A DNA stretch of 61,945 nucleotides, counting the filler. It is 7 parts of 7 records of this genome, joined end to end, with 100 filler letters (N's around TTAATTAATTAA, not from the genome) between each part and the next. Parts side by side here need not be neighbours in the genome. Positions count along the whole stretch, not along the records: positions 23,792 to 41,558 come from SRR31147125_15897; 6 more parts are not named here. One strand, 5' to 3'. Shown piece by piece: positions 33,096-41,658 of the stretch; position 1 is the stretch's first letter, and every line of letters starts with the position of its first letter. Under the pieces are notes generated by a model. It searched no databases and had not been told where the DNA came from. It saw nothing but the letters and a program-made list of their open reading frames with translations. The position numbers and the translations under genes were made by a program.

Positions 33096-33494
33096 ATGAA
33101 AAAGTTTTTTAAAGATTTTAATCAATTTATTGCTAAAGGTAACGCGTTAGATTTAGCGGTAGGAATTGTGATTGGGACTGCGTTTAACGCAATCGTTAAA
33201 AGTTTAGTCAGTGATATCATTATGCCATTTATTAGTTTAATAGGCGGTAAAGATATTGAAAACTGGTTTTGGGTAATGAAAGGAACATCAAGTTTTGATA
33301 TAGAATCTGGAAGTTATGTGTTTTCTGCAGATGCAGTCGTTCTATATTATGGTAGATTTATGCAATCTGTGATTGATTTCTTTTTAATTGCATTAGCAAT
33401 ATTTGTTGCACTACGCGCTATCGCATATTTTAAAAAGCGCATAGAAGAAGTTAAAGATTTATTGGACGATGAAGAAGAGCAAAAACAAGCATAA
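33096..33494 (+). CDS. mscL: Large-conductance mechanosensitive channel
   Basis: FIAKGNALDLAVGIVIGTAFNAIVKSLVSDIIMP, YGRF..VIDF. Confidence 0.95.
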   Translation: MKKFFKDFNQFIAKGNALDLAVGIVIGTAFNAIVKSLVSDIIMPFISLIGGKDIENWFWVMKGTSSFDIESGSYVFSADAVVLYYGRFMQSVIDFFLIALAIFVALRAIAYFKKRIEEVKDLLDDEEEQKQA

Positions 33495-33515
33495 TTAAAT
33501 ATAAGTATATAAAAT

Positions 33516-33547
33516 AAACTGCTAGGAACAGTGCTTCCTAGCAGTTT
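33516..33547. terminator. Bidirectional intrinsic terminator
   Basis: AAACTGCTAGGAA-CAGTGC-TTCCTAGCAGTTT. Confidence 0.85.
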
Positions 33548-33895
33548 TTATTTTAGTATTTTTTCTAATGGCTTTCCTTTTGCAAGATCATCAATGAGTT
33601 TATCAAGATATCGGATATGTCTAGCGAGTTCATCTTCTATATTTTCCACACGTAATCCACAAATAACACCTTTAATTTCAACTCTTTTTGGATGCATTGC
33701 AGGTGCTTTATCAAAAAAGGTTTTAAATGTATCATGAGTCTTAGCATAGTGATCAATATCTTTTTTAGTATATCCAGTTAACCAAGAAATGATTTGATCA
33801 ACTTCAGCATGAGTTCTGCCTTTTCTTTTAGCTTTTTGAACATAGAAAGGATAGATTTTAGAAAATGTCATGTCATAATATGGTTTTAAGTTCAT
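33548..33895 (-). CDS. DUF2200 family protein
   Basis: [47 protein letters not shown]. Confidence 0.88.
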   Translation of the reverse strand: MNLKPYYDMTFSKIYPFYVQKAKRKGRTHAEVDQIISWLTGYTKKDIDHYAKTHDTFKTFFDKAPAMHPKRVEIKGVICGLRVENIEDELARHIRYLDKLIDDLAKGKPLEKILK

Positions 33896-33904
33896 AAGGA
33901 TCCT

Positions 33905-34237
33905 TTACTGATCAGTTGATAAATCAATGATCATTGATAGTGGGTACTTCATATGATTAATATATATGATTTTATTAATCATATCAACTTTAGTGACTTG
34001 TCCATAGAGTTGTTTTATATATCCATCTTGAAAATAAGTGATATAAACAGGACATTTCTCGTGAACTGCTTGTTTTAAGTGAAGGTCCATTTCATAGAGT
34101 TTATCTTCAGATAACACAGGTTTTTCTTGTTTTCCTAATCGATGTTTTAAAGCTTTATAAAGATGATTAAAACCGGCAAGTCCATCAAATGGTGCCCATT
34201 TGATAATGCCGCGGTCAACATAGACTTGATTATTCAT
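33905..34237 (-). CDS. YolD-like protein
   Basis: DRGIIKWAPF, KPVLSEDK, ITYFQDG; overlaps the Y-polymerase stop codon. Confidence 0.88.
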   Translation of the reverse strand: MNNQVYVDRGIIKWAPFDGLAGFNHLYKALKHRLGKQEKPVLSEDKLYEMDLHLKQAVHEKCPVYITYFQDGYIKQLYGQVTKVDMINKIIYINHMKYPLSMIIDLSTDQ

Positions 34238-35504
34238 GATGACCTCCCACAAAACGATTACGCTTTACAATTGTAGAATGTTCTTCTAAAGCTTCAGCGC
34301 GATTAATTGCATTTTTACCATAGCGCATTTTGATATGATCAATTGATGAGAGGAGTTGGTATTCTTTTTCGATTTCATTGGCATCTTCAAATAATGAATA
34401 TTGATAGATTTTAGAATCTGTTAATTTAGATAATGATACAGATACCGAACGTATGAGACTACCATCATAGTTTCGATGAAATATATCAAGGCATGTATGA
34501 TAAATCTCTTTAAATGATGATGTCGGTTGATCAAGTGTCACTTGCTGGTGGAGTCCTCCACCAGTAGATAGTGAATAACCAACACCAAAGTGAATCACAC
34601 GACAACGCTTTTTATTCATGCGAAGACGTCTTGTGATTTCATCAGCCATTTCTAAGATAATGGTATAAATCTCAGGTGTCTGATAATCATGAAAAAGCAC
34701 TTGGCTTGTGCCAAAACTTTTGTTTTTTGAACGTAACTTATTTTTATCTTGTATCACACTCATATCAATGCCATGTGTATGATAATAGAGTTCTTCACCT
34801 AAAATGCCAAAATGATCTTTTAGAATGGATACATTGTAGTTTGCAATATCACCAATCGTGTGTAAGCCTAAAAAGTTTAAATTACGTTCCATACGATGAC
34901 CAATACCCCACATTTTTGATAATGGTTCTATAGGCCATAGTTTTTTTGGAATATCTTCATATGTCCATTTTGCAATGGAATCTTTTTGTTTTTTAGAATC
35001 TAAATCCATCGCCAGCTTTGAGATAAGCATATTAGGACCTACCCCACAACTTGCAGGTAAACTTAATTTATCTAAGATATCTTTAACAATTTTCCTACCT
35101 AAGTCAACATCGCTCATTTGATAAAGAGATAGATAGTTTGTAACGTCTAAAAAGGCTTCATCAATAGAATAAACATATAAATCTTCATCAGCGACATAAG
35201 ATAGATAAATCTCAATAATTTTCATTGTGTATTCAAGATATGTCTTCATTTGTGGCTTTGCATAAATAATATAAGGTTTGATATCATCAGGGATATCAAA
35301 GAGTCTTGCACGAGAAGAAATGCCTAGTGATTTTAAGTAAGGTGTCACAGCAAGACACAAAGCACCGTTACCTCTGGATTGATCAGCGACCACTAAAGGT
35401 GTTGAAAAAGGATCAAGTCCTCGTAGTGCACATTCAACGGAGGCATAAAAACTTTTAAGATCAATACAGATAATATTTTTATGAATTTGATATTGTTCAT
35501 GCAT
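34230..35504 (-). CDS. Y-family translesion DNA polymerase (UmuC/UvrX-like)
   Basis: IDLKSFYASVE, YSIDEAFLD, MWGIG, C-terminal VGGHH; AAGGAGG RBS. Confidence 0.93.
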   Translation of the reverse strand: MHEQYQIHKNIICIDLKSFYASVECALRGLDPFSTPLVVADQSRGNGALCLAVTPYLKSLGISSRARLFDIPDDIKPYIIYAKPQMKTYLEYTMKIIEIYLSYVADEDLYVYSIDEAFLDVTNYLSLYQMSDVDLGRKIVKDILDKLSLPASCGVGPNMLISKLAMDLDSKKQKDSIAKWTYEDIPKKLWPIEPLSKMWGIGHRMERNLNFLGLHTIGDIANYNVSILKDHFGILGEELYYHTHGIDMSVIQDKNKLRSKNKSFGTSQVLFHDYQTPEIYTIILEMADEITRRLRMNKKRCRVIHFGVGYSLSTGGGLHQQVTLDQPTSSFKEIYHTCLDIFHRNYDGSLIRSVSVSLSKLTDSKIYQYSLFEDANEIEKEYQLLSSIDHIKMRYGKNAINRAEALEEHSTIVKRNRFVGGHHE

Positions 35505-35529
35505 AGTTTCATGCCTCCTTTGTTTTGGT

Positions 35530-35558
35530 ATTATATATGTTAAAAAGTATATTTTCAA
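35530..35558 (-). promoter_or_regulatory. Promoter of the Y-polymerase/yolD operon
   Basis: TTGAAA-17 bp-TATAAT. Confidence 0.7.
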
Positions 35559-35680
35559 GTATAATTTTGATGAAAGTTTATGAAAACATTTTACATGGAT
35601 TTTTATTTATAATATTGATTAATAAAGTTGATATAGCCTATATTTTCTATAAATAATTTAGTGAGTTGTGGAGGTCTTTT

Positions 35681-35764
35681 AGTTAGTTAAGTTATGTATC
35701 ACCAGTAGAATATAGATTAAATGATGTCTATTCTAAAAGTGTCTAAAAAACCGTCGGCAATCCG
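35681..35764 (+). mobile_element. IS3-family right-end remnant
   Basis: Degenerate tail S-*-L-S-Y-V-S-P-V-E-Y-R followed by the IS3-like end GTGTCTAAAAAACCGTCGGCAATCC. Confidence 0.45.
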
Positions 35765-35897
35765 GATTTGTATAAATTGAACCCATTTAGATGCTTACTC
35801 AAACAATTGAAAAAACGTTTATTGATAACGGTTTTGCTATTAGTGATTATTAATTACAAAAGAAGTATCATAGTAATGTCTATATACAAATGATTAT

Positions 35898-35926
35898 TTG
35901 AGTAAAAAATTACTTAGTGATATAAT
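35898..35926 (+). promoter_or_regulatory. cas9 promoter
   Basis: TTGAGT-17 bp-TATAAT with an extended TG. Confidence 0.7.
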
Positions 35927-35953
35927 AAACTAAAATACACAAAGGGGAAAAAT

Positions 35954-38900
35954 ATGAAAAAAATTATTGGTATTGACTTAGGTATCACATCAGTTGGGTG
36001 GGCAGTAATTAATCAAAAATTAGACGTTTTAGCAAGTGGTGTAAGATTGTTTGAAGAATCTAAACCATCAAATAATGTGGATAGAAGAATGCACCGAGGT
36101 CAAAGAAGATTAAAAAGAAGAAAAGCACAAAGAATTCTTGATCTTAAATATCTTTTAACCAATGAAGGATTGATTACAAATGATTTTAAGCACTTAGATG
36201 ATCCATATCAAATTAGAGCTAAAGGATTAAATGAAAAACTCTCAAATGATGAATTAGCAACAGCATTGCTTCATATCGCTAAAAGAAGAGGCAGTTGTTT
36301 AGAGACAATAGAAGATGAAAACACAAAAAACGAAGATAGTCCGAAAGTTATATTATCAAAAAACGATCAGGCATTAGACGAACATGGTTATGTTTGTCTT
36401 GTCCAATTGAATCGATTAATAGAAAATCAAAAAATCAGAGGAACAAATAATGTTTTTAGACTTGATGACTATGTCAAAGAAATTAAACAAATCTTAAAAC
36501 ATCAAGATATTGAAAAACACATTGAAGGAAAAATAATTGATATCATTACTAGAAAAAGATCTTATGAACGTGGACCTGGTAGTATTACATCACCAACTAA
36601 ATATGGCGCTTATAGAGAAATATCAGTAGAAGACGAAGTCATAGTTTTTCCCTATATAATAAAAAACTATAAGCAGATATATAAGAAAAAACAATTTGAA
36701 TTTAGTCTAGATGATGTAAGTTATACTGTATTAAAAGATGGTCGTATTGTTAATACAGAACCTTATAGTTTGATTGATTTGATGCGCGGTAGATGTAGTA
36801 TTTTTGAAGATGAATTAAGAGCACCGAAAAACGCATTCTCCGCTGAACTGCATGATTTTTTAAATGATTTAAACAACCTTTCAATAAAGCATCGTGACAA
36901 TCCAAAATTGACAACAAAAGAAAAAGAAGACATCATTAATATAATTATAGAAAATGGCGATTTCAAGCCTAAAGGTGTCAAAGGACTAGCGAAATTTTTA
37001 AATGTTGATATTGATGATATACAAGGACTTAGAGAAAAATATAGTTCAAATAAAATCACGTACTTATTAACAGAATTTAAAGGATATAAAACAATTAAAA
37101 AAGCTGTTGATAACGATAAAGATATCATTGGTAATATTAAGTTGTTAGACGAGATTGCTGAAATTTTATCAACCACACAAGATATTGAAACAAGAAAAGA
37201 TAAACTATCCCGATTAATTGATCATAAATATATTGAAAGATTAAGTGAATGTGTAGGTTTTACGAAGTTTCATAGTTTTTCATTTAAAGCATTAGATATT
37301 TTGAATAAAGAAATGTTAGAAACAACATTAAATCAACAACAAATCATTACTAAGAATAATTTAAAGCCAAATGTAGAACACACAAACTTCTTTGAAATCA
37401 AAGAAGATATTTTAAATCCTGTTGTTAAACGTGCGCAAAGAGAAGCATTGAAAGTGATTGATGCTTTATCTAAAGAGTTTGATGATATTGATAAAATCGT
37501 GATTGAAACTACAAGAAGTAAAAACAGTGATGATGAAAGAAAAAACTATAGAGATCAACAAGCATATTATAAAAAATTAAAAATAGAAGCTGAAGAATTA
37601 GTAACAGGTAGCGGATATAATGATATCCAACTGTCTAATCAAGTGATTAATAAGATTAAAATGTATAAGGAGCAAAATGGTAAATGTGCTTATACTGGAT
37701 TACCACTTGATCTTCATAGAATTATAAAGGATCACAGATCTTATGAAATTGATCACATTATACCTTATTCTGTTTCAATGGATAATAGTCAAAACAACAA
37801 AGTACTAGTTATACCTAGCGCGAATCAGCTCAAGGGAAATAAAACACCTTTTGGGTATTTTAAGTCTGGAAAAATTGTTGAAAAAGCTGTAATTAGTAAT
37901 TGGGACGCATTTAAAGTCAATGTTAGCATGAATCCTAATTATTCAAAACAAAAAAAGAATAATCTATTATTAGAAAAAACACTAACTAGATTTGATGATA
38001 TGGAAAAATTTATCGCAAGAAATTTAAATGATACTAGTTATGCAGTTAGAGTTTTCATGAATCATTTGAAGTCTTATTATAAGTCGCAAAATATGCCTAT
38101 TAAAGTGGTGACTGTTAAAGGAAAACAAACAAGTTTTTATCGCAAGATGGTTGTAATAGAGTGGTATAAACATCATGAGACCATTGGGACTGATTTAGTC
38201 AATCCGATGAAAAAAGATAGAGAAAAATACATGCATCACGCGATTGATGCGCTTATAATCGCAGGACTTAGTCAACAAAAATTGATAAGAGCGATGCATG
38301 AACAGAAAAAAGAAGCATTAATTGATGAACAAACTGGAGAGATAAGCTATATTGATCCTACACATGATAGTGATTTTATTAAGTATTTAAGAACAATATC
38401 AGAGTTAGAGAGCGATGATATAAGATTTTCATGGAAAATAGATACTAAACCAAATAGAAAGTTTTCAGATGAAACCATATATTCAACTAGAAAGATTAAT
38501 GAAAAAGATTATAAAGTCTCAAAAGAGAAAGATATTTATGCACTAGAAAGCAAGAAAATCCAAAAATTAATTATCGATCAAAAAGAACAGTTACTAATGT
38601 ATCGTCACGATGAACAAACATATCATAAATTGGTAGATATTTATCTACAATATAAACATGAAAAATATCCATTTGAAGCATATAGACAACAGCATGGATA
38701 TATTACAAAGTTTGCTAAGAAAAATAATGGGCCACAAATTAAACAATTAAAACGTTTAGATGGAACAATATCACAACCACTTGATATTTCACATAAATAT
38801 CAAACAAAAGAGAAACGTGTTATTTTAACAGGATTAAAAGCATATAGAGTTGATATTTATCAAAACGAAAAAGGTAGATATCGATTTGTTACAATTAGAT

Positions 38901-39268
38901 TTAGCGATGTAAAACCAAAAGGTGATTTTGCATATATTTCAAAAGAACACTATGATCAAAAGTTAAAAGAAAAAAATATTGATAAGACCTATGCATTTAA
39001 GTTTAGTTTATATAGAAATAGTATAGTAAGCATTAAAAAAGAAACTAAAGGTGTCATTGATGAAAACATGTATAGATTTATAGCTATCAAGAGTGACAAG
39101 ACTAATGTTTTAGAGTTTAAGAACATAGATAAGAATAATGATGCTAATAGCAGAATTACCCCTACTATAGGACCATCAATTAAGAAAATAAATAAATATA
39201 ATGTATCTGTAACTGGAAAATATAAAAAAGTCGATCGTGAACTATTGAATTTAAAAGTGCATCTATGA
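35954..39268 (+). CDS. cas9: Type II-A Cas9 (1104 aa)
   Basis: RuvC-I IGIDLGITSVGW, Arg-rich bridge helix, RuvC-II IVIETTR, HNH YEIDHIIP..N..NKVL..N..K, RuvC-III HHAIDA. Confidence 0.98.
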   Translation: MKKIIGIDLGITSVGWAVINQKLDVLASGVRLFEESKPSNNVDRRMHRGQRRLKRRKAQRILDLKYLLTNEGLITNDFKHLDDPYQIRAKGLNEKLSNDELATALLHIAKRRGSCLETIEDENTKNEDSPKVILSKNDQALDEHGYVCLVQLNRLIENQKIRGTNNVFRLDDYVKEIKQILKHQDIEKHIEGKIIDIITRKRSYERGPGSITSPTKYGAYREISVEDEVIVFPYIIKNYKQIYKKKQFEFSLDDVSYTVLKDGRIVNTEPYSLIDLMRGRCSIFEDELRAPKNAFSAELHDFLNDLNNLSIKHRDNPKLTTKEKEDIINIIIENGDFKPKGVKGLAKFLNVDIDDIQGLREKYSSNKITYLLTEFKGYKTIKKAVDNDKDIIGNIKLLDEIAEILSTTQDIETRKDKLSRLIDHKYIERLSECVGFTKFHSFSFKALDILNKEMLETTLNQQQIITKNNLKPNVEHTNFFEIKEDILNPVVKRAQREALKVIDALSKEFDDIDKIVIETTRSKNSDDERKNYRDQQAYYKKLKIEAEELVTGSGYNDIQLSNQVINKIKMYKEQNGKCAYTGLPLDLHRIIKDHRSYEIDHIIPYSVSMDNSQNNKVLVIPSANQLKGNKTPFGYFKSGKIVEKAVISNWDAFKVNVSMNPNYSKQKKNNLLLEKTLTRFDDMEKFIARNLNDTSYAVRVFMNHLKSYYKSQNMPIKVVTVKGKQTSFYRKMVVIEWYKHHETIGTDLVNPMKKDREKYMHHAIDALIIAGLSQQKLIRAMHEQKKEALIDEQTGEISYIDPTHDSDFIKYLRTISELESDDIRFSWKIDTKPNRKFSDETIYSTRKINEKDYKVSKEKDIYALESKKIQKLIIDQKEQLLMYRHDEQTYHKLVDIYLQYKHEKYPFEAYRQQHGYITKFAKKNNGPQIKQLKRLDGTISQPLDISHKYQTKEKRVILTGLKAYRVDIYQNEKGRYRFVTIRFSDVKPKGDFAYISKEHYDQKLKEKNIDKTYAFKFSLYRNSIVSIKKETKGVIDENMYRFIAIKSDKTNVLEFKNIDKNNDANSRITPTIGPSIKKINKYNVSVTGKYKKVDRELLNLKVHL

Positions 39269-39274
39269 TAAAAT
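39245..39274 (+). promoter_or_regulatory. tracrRNA promoter overlapping the cas9 3' end
   Basis: TTGAAT-18 bp-TAAAAT with an extended TG. Confidence 0.6.
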
Positions 39275-39278
39275 GAAA

Positions 39279-39385
39279 GTGTCTCAAAGAGACATTTGAA
39301 TAGCAAAGGTTTTAGAGGACCTAGCAAAACAAGGGAATTATTTCCCGAATTCGAACTCACTTCGTGTGGGTTCTTTTTCTTTTTT
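39279..39385 (+). ncRNA. tracrRNA
   Basis: Anti-repeat GAATAGCAAAGGTTTTAGAGGACCTAGCAAAAC (39298-39330) is complementary to the repeat at 41529; then nexus AAGGGAA..TTCCC and terminal hairpin GAACTCAC-TTCGT-GTGGGTTC plus U-tract. Confidence 0.92.
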
Positions 39386-40282
39386 ATGAGTTGGAGAGTC
39401 ATCTTTATTGAAGATTCTGAGCATTTATCGCTATATTTGGATAATATCAAAATCAAAAATTATGACGATGATATTTTAGTACCACTTAGCGATGTTCACT
39501 CTTTGATTATTGATAATTACAAGACTACTTTATCTATACATTTAATAAACGCACTCACAGAAAATAAAGTCAATGTAGTATTATGCGATATTGAACATAT
39601 GCCAAGTTCGATTATATTTCCTTTATTTGGGCATCATTTATCAATGGAAGCCCAAACTAAGCAGTTTAATTGGACAAAACAACAAAAAATCATATTGCAT
39701 GATATCATTGTGAAACACAAAATATACAATCAACGTGCCATGTTACAATTCATTGAAGCAGACAAAGAAGTATTAGAAAAACTAAAGCAGTTTGAAGAAG
39801 AAGTTATCAATGGTGATCAATACAATAGAGAAGGGTTAAGCGCTAAAATATATTTTAGGAATTTATTTGGACCTGACTTTATGAGATTTGAAGAGGATGT
39901 CATGAATGCAGGACTTAATTATGGTTATGCGATATTAAGATCACAGATAAGTCGTGCATTGGTTTCCAAAGGGTTAAATACAGCTTTTGGTTTTTTTCAC
40001 CATGGTCCACAAAATAAATTCAACCTAAGCGATGACTTCATTGAACCGTTTAGACCCATTATTGATTGCTATGTGTATAAAGAACTAAGAGAAACTTTAA
40101 TCTTTCAAAAAGAGCATCGTATCGCTTTAGTAAAACAAACAACCAAAAAAATTATTATTCAAAACAAAAAACAAACTATTTTTAATGCAATAAATTTATA
40201 TATTGAGTCTATTCTATCTTTTATACAGACAGGGGATATCGATCAAGTATTTCAACCAACGATGAAATTTTATGATTTATGA
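39386..40282 (+). CDS. cas1: Type II CRISPR integrase Cas1
   Basis: MSWRVIFI start, NREG..AK.YF..LFG, NAGLNYGYAILR, HH..N.FNLSDDFIEPFRP. Confidence 0.96.
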   Translation: MSWRVIFIEDSEHLSLYLDNIKIKNYDDDILVPLSDVHSLIIDNYKTTLSIHLINALTENKVNVVLCDIEHMPSSIIFPLFGHHLSMEAQTKQFNWTKQQKIILHDIIVKHKIYNQRAMLQFIEADKEVLEKLKQFEEEVINGDQYNREGLSAKIYFRNLFGPDFMRFEEDVMNAGLNYGYAILRSQISRALVSKGLNTAFGFFHHGPQNKFNLSDDFIEPFRPIIDCYVYKELRETLIFQKEHRIALVKQTTKKIIIQNKKQTIFNAINLYIESILSFIQTGDIDQVFQPTMKFYDL

Positions 40283-40595
40283 TTTTATGCGTTTAATTGT
40301 CATGTTTGATTTACCTGTCAAAACGAAAAAAGAAAGACGAAAATATACGAAGTTTAGAAAATTTTTATTATCTAAAGGGTATTTAATGCTGCAATATTCA
40401 GTATATGTGAAAATTGCAGCAAATAGAGATAGTCTAGATAAACATATAAAGTTAGTTCAAAAAAATGTTCCTGATGAAGGACAAATAAGAATCTTAATGT
40501 TAACAGAAAAACAATACGCTAGAATGGAAGTCATATTAGGAGGAAAATCAAGAAAAGAATCTATAGTTACACATGATCCATTAATTATACTGTGA
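40272..40595 (+). CDS. cas2: Cas2
   Basis: MRLIVMFDLPV, FRKFLL..GY.MLQYSVY, LTEKQY. Confidence 0.96.
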   Translation: MIYDFMRLIVMFDLPVKTKKERRKYTKFRKFLLSKGYLMLQYSVYVKIAANRDSLDKHIKLVQKNVPDEGQIRILMLTEKQYARMEVILGGKSRKESIVTHDPLIIL

Positions 40596-40604
40596 GGTGA
40601 GGTT

Positions 40605-41486
40605 ATGATAGAAATTAAATCGATAAATCAGAATAATAAATATAGTTCAAGCATTGATCGAGTCAAATATTTTTTAGGTCCTGATAGAACGGGGAAAGAA
40701 TATTTTGTAGATAGCATAAAAAGGATTTTTTACAAGATTGATCATAGTGAATATGCATATGAACATAAATTAGATTCAACAGTTACAATTGATGAAAAAA
40801 CAATTAAATTAAAAAACTGGAATTTATTGGATATACATACACATATTAATCTTAGTCAAGAATTAGCAATTGGTAGTCGTTCAATGATGCATCAATACAT
40901 TGAATCAATATTAAGAGATATAGAGTATAGTGATGAACTAAACACAATTAATATACTGTTTGAACAGTTAGCAGAAATGTTATCAGAAAAAATGATATCT
41001 TTTGATGATATTGAAATTGATCCAAGATTTGAAACAATCACACAAAAACAACTGATTAAAATGTTAAGTTTAAGATTTATAAATGAAAAAAATATAATGG
41101 ATTATTTAGATTTAAGTTATGAGGCAAAGATTCTTTTTCAAATATATATGGCTGAACAGATAGCTGAAAAAAATGAACTATTTAAGTATATGGTTATTAT
41201 AGATGTTCCAAGGATAAATAATAAAATTAAAAATGCATTAGATAGTATTACAAGTGATAATATGTTTGTTGTTGTTTTAACTGAAACTAATATTGATGTT
41301 AGTATTAAAGATGTAACATATTTTGGCACAAAAGTGATCGATTTTTCAAATGATATTAGTATATATAATGAATTGATGATGGAAGTTGATCAAGTGTATA
41401 ATTTAGATGAAATGAAGTGCGTGATTAAGAGATTTATAGAAGGTATAGATGATAAAGATACTAGAAGATTGGAGAATTATCTTTAG
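40605..41486 (+). CDS. csn2: Csn2-like protein (293 aa, long-type)
   Basis: Position between cas2 and the array in a cas9-cas1-cas2 locus; N-terminal FLGPD..GK resembles long Csn2 forms. Confidence 0.62.
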   Translation: MIEIKSINQNNKYSSSIDRVKYFLGPDRTGKEYFVDSIKRIFYKIDHSEYAYEHKLDSTVTIDEKTIKLKNWNLLDIHTHINLSQELAIGSRSMMHQYIESILRDIEYSDELNTINILFEQLAEMLSEKMISFDDIEIDPRFETITQKQLIKMLSLRFINEKNIMDYLDLSYEAKILFQIYMAEQIAEKNELFKYMVIIDVPRINNKIKNALDSITSDNMFVVVLTETNIDVSIKDVTYFGTKVIDFSNDISIYNELMMEVDQVYNLDEMKCVIKRFIEGIDDKDTRRLENYL

Positions 41487-41528
41487 GATAATTTCTTAAT
41501 TTTAAACTTATGATATAATGAGTTTGAG
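41487..41528 (+). promoter_or_regulatory. CRISPR leader with promoter and leader-anchoring sequence
   Basis: TG-A-TATAAT at 41511-41519; ends GTTTGAG, close to the II-A ATTTGAG leader end. Confidence 0.8.
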
Positions 41529-41558
41529 GTTTTGTTACCCTCTAAATTTTTGCTATTC
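41529..41558 (+). CRISPR. First CRISPR repeat (30 nt visible; array cut by the contig end)
   Basis: GTTTTGTTACCCTCTAAATTTTTGCTATTC, complementary to the tracrRNA anti-repeat; no spacers visible. Confidence 0.88.
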
Positions 41559-41658
41559 NNNNNNNNNNNNNNNNNNNNNNNNNNNNNNNNNNNNNNNNNN
41601 NNTTAATTAATTAANNNNNNNNNNNNNNNNNNNNNNNNNNNNNNNNNNNNNNNNNNNN

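Noticed and set aside
35736-35744. AAAGTGTCT shared with the tracrRNA 5' end (39276-39284), suggesting tracr-L-type repression
   Set aside because: The 9-mer is far from the promoter, falls within the IS scar, and is not followed by a repeat-like segment in the tracrRNA.
35831-35842. GTTTTGCTATT upstream of cas9 as a scaRNA or mini-repeat for autoregulation
   Set aside because: It has only 9-10 nt of complementarity to tracrRNA, no upper stem and no matching target in the cas9 promoter; chance is likely in AT-rich DNA.
39296-39385. N-terminal extension of Cas1 in the ORF track
   Set aside because: This stretch is the tracrRNA; Cas1 homology starts at MSWR (39386).
38989-39456. Antisense ORFs over cas9/cas1 and similar short shadow ORFs throughout the window
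   Set aside because: They overlap well-supported genes and have no recognisable features.
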